DNA of 64,000 nt, from NCBI RefSeq assembly GCF_036321535.1, contig NC_087436.1, positions 69,380,001 through 69,444,000 on the forward strand. Reading direction: 5' to 3'. Source of the DNA: Camelus dromedarius. Its lineage: Eukaryota. The translations under genes and the position numbers were made by a program. Positions 39,051-52,025 of the stretch are shown in pieces; the first letter of the stretch is position 1; each line of letters opens with the position of its first letter. The notes beneath the pieces are model-generated. The model was given only the letters and a program-made list of their open reading frames with translations. It had not been told where the DNA came from and made no database searches.

Positions 39051-40594
39051 AATATTGACGTGGTTAATACAGAGGGGAGAACAAGGGGTCATATTCTTGT
39101 TTCCATTATTGAAGAAGCTAGAAATCTCCAAAAGTGAAATATAAACCCATCTCTTTATGCTTATACTTGTAATCACTGCCTGCTAAGCTTTGTACACACT
39201 GGGTAAATGCTACTCATCCTTAAAGATTTTAGTCAAACAGCATGACCCTGGAATGTTCTCCTTGAATTTTCTCTCCCTTTCTTCACCATCAAACCTCTCC
39301 ATCCTCCCACAGGGAGAAAAGCTTTAGGAGCTTCCATAATATCACTTGCTTTGCTATCTAGTAGTTGGCATTGTCCTTGATATGGGTGAGAAAGATCCTG
39401 TGAAATTTAGATTCAGATTTGTGGATTCTAACAGCATTTATTTTATGCTGTTTGATTGAGTATCTTTGAAATAGAAAATTAACACATCCAGACAGAATTT
39501 CCTGAAGGACATATTTTTTTTTAATTTAAATCAATTTTACAAGAAAATATCCAAATATATTTTAAGTGTCTTTGTTTCAATAGCTCCAAAGGGAGCTGTT
39601 GCAAAAATTAGTTTATCTAAGTATTTTTAGGTTCGAGCCTGTGAGTCAAAGTTCAGCTCAGCTCCTTCTCAGAGATAGCCATTGTATGGCATTATGCTTG
39701 TATTGTTTCTTTTCATGTTCAAAATCACATCAATGAAGGCAAAAAGCCTAAATTTGATGAGTGCTGGGCTATTTTGCCTAAATATGCCATTTAATTCAGT
39801 ATATGCAAAAAGACATTATAAACTTGTTTTAAAGAGATGGATAGGAAATTTCCTCCTCATCATCTTAACACTGGGACTTCTCATATTTTACTCTTTTGTT
39901 TGGGATACCTGGATTCTGAGAGACTTAAAGTTCAAGAGTTAATTATAGGACAAATCCCCACAGCTTCATATGGCTTATATTGCTTGAGTGATTTGGTCCT
40001 ATTAATATTTATTCATTCTGGCTTATTTGAAAGGTTCTACAAATAATAAACTTCTCAACATTAGTTTTCTACTTTCTTAAAATTATGAGTCTTTCCTTTG
40101 TCCTTTGTCTGGAATCATGTCTTTCTGCATTTGTCTATTATAACCAGGACTATTGCTATTCATTTATCAGCAATGAAGCTTATGTTATGTGCACTTTAGG
40201 AGCTCCTACTAGGTGAAAAACACAGTGTTAATCTTATTAACTATTATATCCCTTATAATAGCACAATGATTCTCCAAAATTTTTCCATATTTTCTCTAAA
40301 AATGTTTGTTGAATAAATGAGAGTGAAATAAACATTGAATTAAGTTTTATACTTTTTCTAGTCATTATTCATTGGCATGTATAATTTGAAATGAACATCA
40401 AATATATATAGAATTACATGTATACATTTATATAAACACTTATTTTTTAAACTTATGATTATATATATCTCCACAAAATTCCATTAAATGCATATGGCTT
40501 TCTTACTAATTTTACTAAAATGTACATGTCTGCATCATGGAGTCATTGTAAGTACTAGAGAAATATATGTTAGTTACCTAACAAAATAGCTAGA

Positions 40595-41300
40595 AATACT
40601 TGTCATACCTGTCAGTATGGCCATTATGAAAGAAACAAAAAATAACAAGTATGGCTAAGGATCTGCAGAAGTTGGAATCTTTGTGCATTGTTGATGAAAA
40701 AGTAAAAGGGTGTGTCCACTACTGAAAAAAGTAAGGAGATTCTCCAAATACTAAAAGTTGAGCACTATATGATCAGCAATTCCTCTTCTGGGTACTTATC
40801 TAAAATAATTGCCGTCAGTATCTCAAAAAGATATCTGCACTAGCATGTTCATTGCAGCATTACTCACAATAACTAAGCTATAAAGGGAAACTAAAAGCAA
40901 ATTCACAGATGAATGTAAAAAGAAACTGTGGCATATGCATACAATGGAATATTAAAAAAAAAGAAGGAAATTCTGTCACATGCTACAACATGGAAGAAAC
41001 GTAGGGACATTATGCTACGTGCAATAGGCCAGTCACAGAAGAAAAAGTACTGCGTGATCCTAGTTATTTGACGTATTTTAAGTAATCAAACTCAATGAAG
41101 CAGAAAGTAGAGTGGTGAATGCCAGGGACAGAGGGAGGGCACAATGGGAGTTGCAGTTCAGGAAGTGGAAGTTTCAGCCGTGCAAGCTCGCAGGTCCTAG
41201 AGATCAGTTGTACATTGTGCTTATAGTTAACAATCCTGTTCTGTACAGGTGAAAATACGAGAGGGCAGCTCTCATTTTTTTAAACCACAATTTAAAAAGA
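40595..41300 (+). mobile_element. Old L1 ORF2 C-terminus/3'UTR
   Basis: cagcaattcctcttctgggtac, catgttcattgcagcattactcacaata, atacaatggaatatt. Confidence 0.8.
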
Positions 41301-41479
41301 AGAAAATCCAAGTGTACCTGCTGTGCCTGTAGCAGATAGATGGCAGACAGTTAAATAAACTTTTGATAAACATCAAAAAAATCCTAGGATTTTGGGCATT
41401 TCTATGACCTATTTTTCTGACATTTCTTCTCCATTAGAAGAAACAGCCCTTCACTGGTTATCTTGCCCTGTTGAGACTG

Positions 41480-43330
41480 AATACCTGATCATGGGCACCA
41501 AGTGATTATGCTACTTCCAATGACCATTATGTTGTAAAAACATAAAAATAACTGAATATTCAGCAGCAACGTTCTACAATTAAAGAAATACAGCATGTGT
41601 GACAGCAGACCAGAGCAGATCCAGAAAAACAAGTAAATGTCTTTGCATGTGGCTAAGAATTTTCTGGAACCTACCAATGTTTTAAAATAAATCTTAGTCA
41701 ATCTCCATCTTCAGACTTACAGTGGAATTCCCAGCTGAAAGCAGGGAAAACATCCTCAAGGCCAATTTATATATGAGATGCACAGTATTCTTGCAGCAGC
41801 AGAAAGTAAGCATTGTTAAAGTCCCATTCAAGGGTGTCTCTGAAAGACGGTGAAACAACTCCTTCACAAAGAGTAGAATGTCAAGCAGTGCATCTGGATA
41901 ATTCCTCTTTATAGGGAAAAATGTCCTGTTTTACAGATAATCAGATTCATGGGTGGTGTGGTTAATGGATGGATTGACTGATCAAAGACTTGGGAAGAAT
42001 CAGAGGGAAGATTAAATACAAGGTCTGAGGTAGAATTATGTGGATAAACCTCTTGGAATTTTCATAGAGTATAAAGCTATTCATATCCCATGGGAATTTC
42101 CTCCAGAAATCAAGTGCAGCAGACAATGTGTTCTGAATGAGCAGTCCTATGGACGCCAACGTCTTTTTCCAGATGCTCCAGGATTTTATCATGAACCTTT
42201 ATGAACAGAGGGGCAAAGGAGAATGGGATGGAAACTATACATGGATATACAGTATGGACTTCACCTCACCAAGGCTCATCTGGCTATTCCAGCTGTTACA
42301 TGTTCAATCTGTTAGTAGAGGATATCTCCCCAACCTTCTCCTTCCCACTATAGCACCAACCCTAGGATTCTAGCCAGTCAGAGGCAGAAGATTGCATTGG
42401 TCACTTCCATTCTAGAGGAAAGAAAATTTTCTTTCATAGATGTAGTTATAATTTCCAAATAACGAATTTCCCCCAGCCCCTGCCCACCCCATCTCCCTGT
42501 AGTATTTCTGACAGTATCACAAACCGTGGACATAAAATCTTAATAAAAATCATGGTATTGGTATTAACATTGTATATGACCAGGAAATGTATTTACAGCT
42601 GAGGAAATGCAGCAAAGTCTAATATTCATGGAATTTGCTTATTTTACCAAGTTTCCCTCTAGGTAATGAAAGCTTTTCAGGGTTTTAGCTGGGAGATAAT
42701 ATCTTATGTATTTCAGGTGTTGACTTAAAGGATGCAGTGTATGCTTTAAAAATGGCCTGATGTAAGACGCCTTCTGTATTTCAGTTTGAATGCATGGGTT
42801 AAGATTTCAAGGAATTGAAAGTGGCAATGTGTCCTCTAACAAGTGTGCTTTTTCATTACTACAACTTGGAGTCCAACAGTTTGGAGATTGCATTTCTCAA
42901 GAGAACAATGATTCCACTCAGGCATATAGACATAATTTTCTTAGATTGGAAGCTGTCTTGAATATTTTGGGCTCCTCTGCTTCATAATTCAATTAGAGAA
43001 AGCATTACTCTCTGAGCTGTGGTAATTTATCCAAAATACCAAAGATGAAATAGGTTGTTGACATATGATAAGTGTAGGCAAAATTATGTCTAGTATCCAG
43101 CAGATTACTGGGGCACATCACAATACTCTGATCTCCGATAGTAAAGGTCAATGGAGAGCTATGACAAATCATTCAGACAAGACATATTATCACTTTGATT
43201 TGAAGTGGATAAAGATTTGGGTCATCCTACCAGGTAAAGAATCCTCACCAGAGGAGACGCTGCCCAGTATAAGGGCCACACAAAATGTTTATGAACAAAA
43301 TAAGCAAAAGTATTAAATTCAGCCTCGTGA
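41480..43330 (+). mobile_element. Ancient ERVL internal remnant (RNase H/integrase/dUTPase region)
   Basis: Degenerate blocks collinear with ERVL pol as I recall it: gtagaatgtcaagcagtgcatctgg; gattcatggg..gttaatgg; ggtagaattatgtggataaacctc; tttgggctcctc; aaagatttgggtcatcctaccaggtaaagaa. No ORF retained. Confidence 0.65.
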
Positions 43331-45260
43331 GCATCTCTAAGGTCTGAGAATGTAAGATCTGTACAAAAATACTCTGGCTGGTGGGATTTGGTTTCTGCCT
43401 TGTTAGGGATGAGAGTTTCCTAGAATGAATAGTTTTGTGAATGACTGCTAAGAAAAGACTTTTTTTTTAAATTCAAGTATATACTGCAGTTAATCTAACT
43501 AATACAGTTGGTATCACCCAGGCATTTTTTTGCCAGCTGGCTTCTGATGAAATTCAGGCAAAGGAAGAACCCTGTAAATAATCAGAGAGCAGAAAAGGAG
43601 AAATCAGGTGAGCAGTGGCTACTGAGCATTTTATATAATGGGGTGTCCAGTCTTAGGACACAAATAGGTGCCTGTACTTAGGTAATGCTCAGCGCCAGGG
43701 ATGGCAGCCCATCTTTCATTCCATCTTAGCCATTCGCTGCATTCTAATTACAGAACATAAACTAAGCATAGAGGAAACATAAACAGCTCTTCTCAAAACA
43801 ATAAAATTGTAAAAGTCAAAACACATCAACATGAATCACCTTTTACAAATGTTAACATTTAACAAATACAATTTCAATTTTCACAAAAAATGTGTAGAAT
43901 TTATTTGCATTTTCAGTAATGTACATATTCAAGAAGAAATACTTGTGTTACCACCATACAATTATTTTCAAATTGGAAAACATTTTCAATATACCATATT
44001 GAAATAAATAAGAATTTCAAAAATTTCGGTAAGCCAATGGATGTTATTTATTTCTTCAACTATATCAAGTACTAAAATTAAAACTTTAGTTAGACATGTC
44101 ATTAAGTTTATAAGGGGTAAAGAAAGTGCAATCTTTAATCTATTTATTAAATTAATCAAAACTGATTTGAGTATGAACATTTGTCTTTAATTAGTGCTTT
44201 AATAAAAATATACTATAGCATATGCTTGGTTGAGCAGGTCTACTAACATCTTATGTCCTTGGCATAACAATTAATTGATGAATTTAAATTTGTAGAAGAT
44301 AGAGACTGAAAAATAATATAAAGATTTTACATTCAAAGTAAATATTTGTTTTTTGACATAAACAAAGCCTTGATTATAAATAATGATTATGGATTTTGAG
44401 CATTAATGATATTTAAATATAATGAATTGATATTTAACTTTAAGATTATCAATTGTATTTTTAACATTTCATAAATCTTTAAAACTTTTTTTCTATATTT
44501 ATTGTTTTCTCTAAAAATGATCTATTCACCTTTAACATTCTGCTGACATTCTCTGTCCCCAAGAAAAACCAAGGACTCAGTCAGTCTCTTTTGTTTGAAG
44601 GCAGTGCCCAGACTCTTGCACTCAAGGACACACAAAAATACTTGTTGACTTAAGGCAGGAATGTAGGTGTGATTATGTTTTCAATGAAAATCTGTAGACC
44701 TTTCCTGGTGTGATGAACCATCAGTTAGTATCAATTCATGCTCTGACCCCAGGAACACTGGGAAGTCAGAAGGTCTTATTTTTATGACAAATGAAATTAT
44801 TACCCATCTTATTAACACACTAGCCTCCTATGATGGTCTCCTAATTTATATGTTCTAGGGGAACTTGTAAATTTTAGTCTTCTGTCTTCTCTGAATCTAT
44901 CAGCTTCAGTTTCTACTTGTATGTTCCCCAGGATTCACCAAATTGTCATTCAGCATATCAGTTAAGGTGAAAAATAGAGAAAAAATGTATAATATGAATA
45001 GAATATACATAAAATTACTAGTGTGTCCTTGTCAGGAAAGTTTGAAAAAGAGGGTAAAGCCAGCTGAGAGAAGACAAAGGATGAATAGGACATGCTAACT
45101 AATTAATGATATTGTTGAATTAAAAACTTTATCTCTAGTATAAGGAGGTAGAAGAATGAGAATTTTGAAAACAGGTTGGAGATGATATGCTTTCATTAAG
45201 GTTACTGTAGCTAGAAAGAACAGAATTGCCCATTGAAGCCTTTAGCACACTTAGAAAGAT

Positions 45261-45540
45261 CTATTCTCTCTTTTCCTTCTTTCCTGTTTTAACAAATTGT
45301 CTGTAAGAAAACAAGCAACATTTTGTGACCAAAAATATAGCAATTGCCACACAGGCCAGCAGGAACCCAATCACATCCAGAGAGTGGTACTGGTACCAGG
45401 TGAGGTTGTGGGCGGCTGGCCGCAGGTGCTTGGCTCCTTTATGGCGCATGACAAACTCAATCCAGAAGACCGCTCGGTCCAGGGGCTTCACTGGCTGATC
45501 ATGGTGAATCCTTGATAACCTCATAGCATTCTCTTTATAA
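45261..45540 (-). CDS. UGT2A1: UGT2A1/UGT2A2 shared exon 6, coding part (280 bp; TM helix and dilysine tail)
   Basis: Encodes [92 protein letters not shown]. Acceptor cctaccAG at 45542-45541, stop TAG at 45263-45261. Confidence 0.93.
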
Positions 45541-48500
45541 CTGGTAGGCAAAAACATAGAAATTAGAGAGTTTTGGTTTTCATTAAAGGTAAGTATGGGA
45601 TGCATGTTGCATGTTATGCAACCCATAGGTATGTAGAGAAAATAATTTAACTCTTGCTGTGGCATGAACTTTGCTGGTTGCATAGCATTTTAAGAGTGGT
45701 GAAGGGAGGGTGTGGAGGAAATACATTCCTAACAGAGTGTGGTGAAGTGCAAACATATAAAAAATGTAATAAGCCAATTGTAAATGTATAGGCTCATTTT
45801 TCCAAAAAAGAATTTTGATATTGTGTGAAGTATAGTTGCCAGACTGTTTCCAAGACCAAGATTGTGAATAACCCTATACTGAGAGAAAATATCCATTCGA
45901 AAGTCCACAAGCATGGTCTTTAATGTCTGGTTAGTTAATGATGACGGACATAGGCGACTGAGAGTCAGTATTAGTGAGCCATTTTTGCAGTGTCTGAGAT
46001 CTTGGCACTGTGATAATTCCTCCATTGCATGCACTCGTGTCTTTGTGATGGGAAAGACCATGTCCATATTGGCAGTGTCAAGACTGGATGAAGATACTGG
46101 AGTAATTTTAGAAATGACAAGGACGCAGATTTTGAGTTTTTAAGGTAAAAAGAAATATCTCACTAGAATTGAAGCCCATAATCAATGTAGCATCACAGCA
46201 ACAACACCTAACAACTCTAATGGTCTCTCAAGCAACAATAGATGTAGACATGTATTCAGAAAGCTAGTTATGCTTTCACTTGAGATTTCTTGGTGGCTGA
46301 GCCAAAATGAGTATGCTTCCCTTTGGTTTTGTGAAATAAAATTCCAACCTGGAGACATGAAGATGACATAAGGTAAGTGATTTGTGAAGAGATGTCCTGG
46401 TGCAAGTTGGACGTTGTTGGGATTGGAGAAGAAATGAGATCATCATTCATCAGTGAACATGGTACACAAGGTCCAGCAGAAAGAGGTAATTGACTTGTGC
46501 TCTTTTTTGTGTGCAGTGAGAAAGAATAGTCATACTCTCTTTCAATTGGTTTGAAATACTGCAGTATAGGTAGGGCCAAAAGAGTAATTTCACAAGGTTC
46601 ATCCTAATACATTTTAAGCAAACGACAATGGTGATAAGAGCCTACCTGTCCAAATCACATTTTTGTTCAAGGTTTTCTCTAGATAGAGATTTAAAATTTG
46701 AAACAAGCTAACACTTGATAGGTACGTCTGCACATGTGAATCCAAATAAAAATAAAGTATGCTTTCCTACAAATGAGATAGGATAAAAAAGACTATGCTC
46801 ATATTTAAAATGATGATGTAATATTTTACTATACGCTATTGTTTTATTACTGTTATCTTAAAATATCATGAGTACTTGAAATTACTATGGTTTATGTACT
46901 TAGATGTAATATTTGTGTTCCTTAACTCCCATAAAGAATAAGAAAACAAAATATAAGTACATTGTATATATATACTCTACACTAAACACATTTGTTTCCA
47001 GATAATTTCAAACTTAGTGTTAGGTTTAGGGTTAACGTTAAGGTATTTTAAAATAAATAATTTTAGGTATTATCTTGGAAAATTCTAAGAGTATAATTTG
47101 TTGCATCAATAGTTTTCAAGTTAACAATAAAATTTAGTGAGCATTCTAAAATGAAGTAGAATTTTAAAAATTTACAGAATTTACCTACTCTGACATTTAG
47201 TAAAAATGAACCAAATTATCAGCAATTAACAACTTGGTAATAGCCTAATAGGTTAGATATCGACATCATCACTTATGAGAAATGAAAGATTGTAGTAAGC
47301 CTTGCTGAAGTTCCTAACCCCTCCTTCCAGCTCAAGATGATATCTATAATATTCTGAAAATTATGATTTGAACTTGCATCTTAAAGACAATCTTTTGATT
47401 AGAATGTGGGTGGGAGGAGAAAATGGACCACCAGGGCTGGCTGATTTTTTTAGGATGCATTCAAGGAAAATATTGAGTGTCTTCCCTTTTGGAAATGAAT
47501 ATATTGATCACTTTGTCTAGAAAGCGTTGCTAATAGGGCTTTGAACAGATGGTTTTACACAGACCAGTTCCACTTTAAAAAAGCTCCACAAAATTCCATC
47601 TGAGTTTACTTTCTCCCCCAGCACCTGAATATCAGGTTTCAGTAATGCAACTAGAATGTTACAACTATCTTTCAAGTTTTGCATTTGAGCAAAAATAATT
47701 GAGTCTGACATAAACTGGAAACAAATTTAACTGTAAGGCATCTATACAAATTCAGAACAGATACTGAAAACAAGATGAAAAACATGCAGTGAAAACAACT
47801 TACACAATATTGGGGAGAAAAACATAAAAATGACAGAATGCAGTTAGGCATAATTCATAATTCCAAAGAAGAGGAGAGTTTAAGTACAGTAAGAATGTGA
47901 GAGCTATGAATAAGAGATCAAAAATCAGATTATGAAACAAGAAGAGGTAATAAAAGATACAGGTGAGGTGATGAAATAAATTGTTACAATAGCACTTCCA
48001 AAGTTTAATTAAGGAAATTACAAACAGCAAGTAATGCTCATTATGAAAAAGTTAATTTACTAATTTATAAACTATTTGAGGAAAATCAGTGAATTGAGAA
48101 AAGCAAAAAATCATTAGAACAATTAGAAAATAAAAGAGGAAGGAAACAAACTAAAATAAACACAAAGAACATTTTATCCATGAAGAGATAAAAAATGGAA
48201 CTAAAATTCTAATAAATAACAAATTAATTTACGAAAAGAAAAATTGAATAATTTTCATCCTAGATTAACAGTGTTGAAAGGATACACTATAATCCCAAGA
48301 AAATGTAGAAAATGAAGTATAAGTATATACCATAATTAAGTTTCTGAATTAAAAAAATAATAACTATTTCCAGTTCTTAAAAACCTCTTAAAAAGTAACG
48401 CTGATCAGAAAAGTCCTCAAAATCTTACAGCAACAGTTAAAGCTAGTCATATTATACAGTTCTGGAGGAAAGAAAATGAAAACTAAGTATGTTATATTCA

Positions 48501-48865
48501 GATAGGTGTCATTCTCCTATCAAGGCAATGAGCAAATGTTTCTAACCATGATCTCAGGGAATTCAGTGTCCATGAGACTTTGCTGCAAGAAAATTTCATG
48601 TGATATGTTTCAGTTAAGAATGAATCCAAAATAACTTGAAACAAAAAATCTCTGATTCAATTGTGAACATTGATTCCCTTAAAATATAGTTAAAGAATAA
48701 GTAGATGTGAGAAACATACTGCCATAAATATTGACAAATTAAATACTTAAGTAATACATATTAGAGATGAGGTTGCTTCCAACTTCAGCTATTAGAGGCT
48801 AAAATTAAAATACATAGTTAAAAATAAAGACTATATATACATATATTATTAATTATTAACCTTAA

Positions 48866-48955
48866 GGAGGGGGCATAACTCAGTGGTGGGTTCAATCCCC
48901 CGTACATCCATTAAAAAATAAATAGATAAATAAACCTAATTACCTACCCCCAACA

Positions 48956-48990
<35 letters not shown>

Positions 48991-48991
48991 A
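48866..48991 (+). mobile_element. tRNA-derived SINE, Vic-1-like (camelid), internally deleted
   Basis: ggagggggcataactcagtggt (A box) is directly followed by gggttcaatcccc (B box), then aataaacctaattacc and a (TAAA)n tail. TSD core TTAACCTT at 48856-48863 and 48995-49002. Confidence 0.75.
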
Positions 48992-49610
48992 TACTTAACC
49001 TTGATGAGATCTTTCAGAGAAAAAACTCATAATCATATGTATCTAAGGTTCATATAGTTTATATAGTTTATAAATTTACTTTATAGCTAAATCAGATAAA
49101 ATTTTAAAATTTGTTTAAAAATCTATATATAGCATCAATGTATATTTATAAAATTATTAACTACTCCAATCTCTCCTCCTTGTATATCTGCATATATTGA
49201 TTAAAGATAAACACTCAGCATTAACAATTATTATTTCTGAATAATTAATATTGAGTAAATTGCCACATCTATTTCTGTACTTACTGAATGGTCATAATAC
49301 TTAGCCAAACATAGATATTTTTTATAAAATAAGCAAATTATCCAGAAAAATATCTGAGAATTTATGTGATCATTAACATTATTTATCTTTAAAAAATTAA
49401 TCAAATATTTGAACTCTTACTGTTTTTTTTCTCAATATTAGCCAATCACTTCAGCAATCTGGGAAGTGAAATAATAAAATGGTTTCTATACGGTCATGTT
49501 ATGGCTGTTGTTTGAAAATAAACCAATTAGAAATGCGTGAAACATTGGACATTTTTGAGTATGATGGGTAACATAATTAATGCTAAGCCTTTAAAAGCAG
49601 TAGTACTTAC

Positions 49611-49830
49611 GAAGGTTCATTAATGACTGTTGTCAAGGCGCTGAGCAAATCTGCACTTGTCATTGTGTTTATGTTCACCTCCACAGCTGCTCCTTTGGCC
49701 TTCATGTGAGCAATGTTATCGGGCTGATCAGCAAACATGGGTACCCCCACCATAGGCACCCCGTGGTAGATAGCTTCATAAATCCCATTGGTTCCACCAT
49801 GAGTGATAAAAGCTCTTGCTTTGGGATGAC
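49611..49830 (-). CDS. UGT2A1: UGT2A1/UGT2A2 shared exon 5 (220 bp)
   Basis: Encodes (G)[72 protein letters not shown](S). Acceptor aatctAG, donor GTAAGT. Confidence 0.93.
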
Positions 49831-50283
49831 CTAGATTGAGGATCCAGTGAGAAGTGGGTGAGGATTTCGTTATACATAATATACTAACAGAATTTCAGAG
49901 ACAGATGGGGATAACTACTGGATAACTTAATGAAGGAGGCAGTATTTTCTACAAAAGCTGAGCACATGGGGTATTGCTATATCAGAAAACTGTGATCCCT
50001 GAAAAAGGTGGAATTAACTCCCTCTGCGCTGGCTTTATTGAGGAGATAACATCTGAACTGAGATTGCAACCTGAGGAGTGATGAGACTCTGAAACTGAAG
50101 ATGCTCTTTCGCAAGCCAGAGGAAGCATGGATCTATACAATTAAGGCAAGTTATTGAATTATATCCGCTTTAAAACTAGAAGTAAGATGTGGAAATTTAA
50201 ATATTTATTGAATTCATTTGCTGTTAAACAGTTACTTAACCTGTACATCATCCAGCAGTACAGCTTTTTTCCCTCAGTCTTAC

Positions 50284-50371
50284 CAAGAAGATCATTCTGT
50301 GGTATCCAATCATAGAGCCGAGTGTTGGCTCCTAATGTGGCTGGTTCCTTTCCTTTGTATCTCCATAAAAC
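50284..50371 (-). CDS. UGT2A1: UGT2A1/UGT2A2 shared exon 4 (88 bp)
   Basis: Encodes [29 protein letters not shown](G). Acceptor ttccacAG, donor GTAAGA. Confidence 0.93.
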
Positions 50372-50807
50372 CTGTGGAATAATACTTTAGTTTTGTAAAT
50401 AAAAACACAAAGCTAAGGCATTTTAAGGCTGTTGAGTTATTTAGAAATCACATAGCCCACCCTACTTTATGTAATTGTTGAGAGGAATTCATGAAAGAGG
50501 TAGTTTGTGAACATTAAGAGAGAAGGTAGGACTATTTGCCTTTACCTTTTTTGAAAAGGCTTGTACTCATAACCTGTTAAGCATAGTATCACCATTTAAA
50601 ATCTTTTGGAGGTGAGATTGTAGGTGAAGAAATAAAAAATGAACAGGGCTAGTTTAGACAGCATATGAAGATTAAAAACATTAAAACAAACATGAATACT
50701 ATGTAAATTTTTCATGAGGCCTTCTTATGCCATATTTCAAATGGAATGTTTTCCAAAAATATAATTAGCTTTAAATTTTTATTGTCTGCTTTTCTGATAA
50801 TAGATTG

Positions 50808-50886
50808 TCTTTTCTTCCTCCTCTTCCTTCCTTCTTTCCTTCCTTCTTTCCTTCCTTCCTTCCTTCTTTCTTTCTTTTCTTTCTTT

Positions 50887-50977
<91 letters not shown>

Positions 50978-51035
50978 CTCTCTCTCTCTCTCTCTTTCTT
51001 TCCTCCCTCCCTTCCTTCCTTCCTTCCTTCTTTTT
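50808..51035 (+). repeat. Compound polypyrimidine microsatellite (CCTT)n-(CTTT)n-(CT)n-(CCTT)n
   Basis: About 228 nt of C/T only, read directly. Confidence 0.97.
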
Positions 51036-51893
51036 AGTTTTTAAGGGAGGATGATATAGAGAGTTGCTTATACTCTATTATATAATGAAGTACCTTGTTA
51101 GGATGTTAACCTTTTGTTACATAGTTTATTTTTTTTTCCTTTGGGGGAACTCTGTATGACGAATTTCAGATTAAATACTAATAGGTGGCAAACTCTTTAA
51201 CAGAAAAGTTTAGAAATAAAAATTCAAAGTTTCAACATGGCTAATTAGTACACTTACTAGAGTTTTATGTACTTTAATATACAAATATAGAGACCTAGGG
51301 TATTTCATGAATAGGAGTATATAAGGAGTAGAAATTTAGAACTGTAATGGCAACAAAATTAAAATTAATTAAGTGTCATAAATTAGAAAAATATATTGTT
51401 TGACAATAACATTAAGAGCTACTGTTTGATTGTTGAATATTCAATTTAGAGATATTAGTCTTCTACTCCTAAACCAACTACACTTTAATTGCGTCTTAGT
51501 AAAACCTAGAGATGTAAAATATATACCTGAGCATGAGTTCCCTCTACTCTATGTATCACCTCTCTTTCCTGGACCTTGGAGCTAACACACTTGAGAATTT
51601 TGGGGAATAGTCAATGCAAGTCACAAGATTTCAAATAGTAAAAAGTTATTAGGATCATAACATTTTCATCTCTATTTCACTGAAAATAAATGACTTCATG
51701 AAAAGATGCATTTTCATAGAAATATGAAGTCTCAGTAGGCAAATGGTAAAATGTGCCCAAAATACAACATTTTAATGTCTTGAGAAATTTTCACTTAAAG
51801 TGGTGCAGCTTTCGTCTGGAAAGAGTACTATTAGCTACAGTCTCTTCCCAGTTGGCAAAAGGGCTGCCCACTTGGACTGGAGTTTGTACTAAC

Positions 51894-52025
51894 CGTCTGT
51901 GGAATCTGGGCAAGGGCTGAGGCAATGAGATTGGCTTTTTCTTCCGTGAGATTTTTGACCATTGATCCCAGAGAAAATATCACAATACCATCTTCACCTG
52001 AACTTTGGACAAATTCTTCCATTTC
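51894..52025 (-). CDS. UGT2A1: UGT2A1/UGT2A2 shared exon 3 (132 bp)
   Basis: Encodes [44 protein letters not shown]. Acceptor atctcttcAG, donor GTTAGT. Confidence 0.93.

Noticed and set aside
43895..44503. UGT2A poly(A) signal candidates (minus-strand AATAAA at 44503-44498, 43905-43900 and others)
   Set aside because: Several equally plausible hexamers occur in very AT-rich DNA, and I cannot choose without 3'-end data.
47020..47043. Telomere-like ttaggtttagggttaacgttaagg
   Set aside because: It has only one exact TTAGGG and is too short to call an interstitial telomeric repeat.
50746..51054. ORFs with FFLS/SFLP repeats
   Set aside because: These are translations of the CTTT/CCTT microsatellite.
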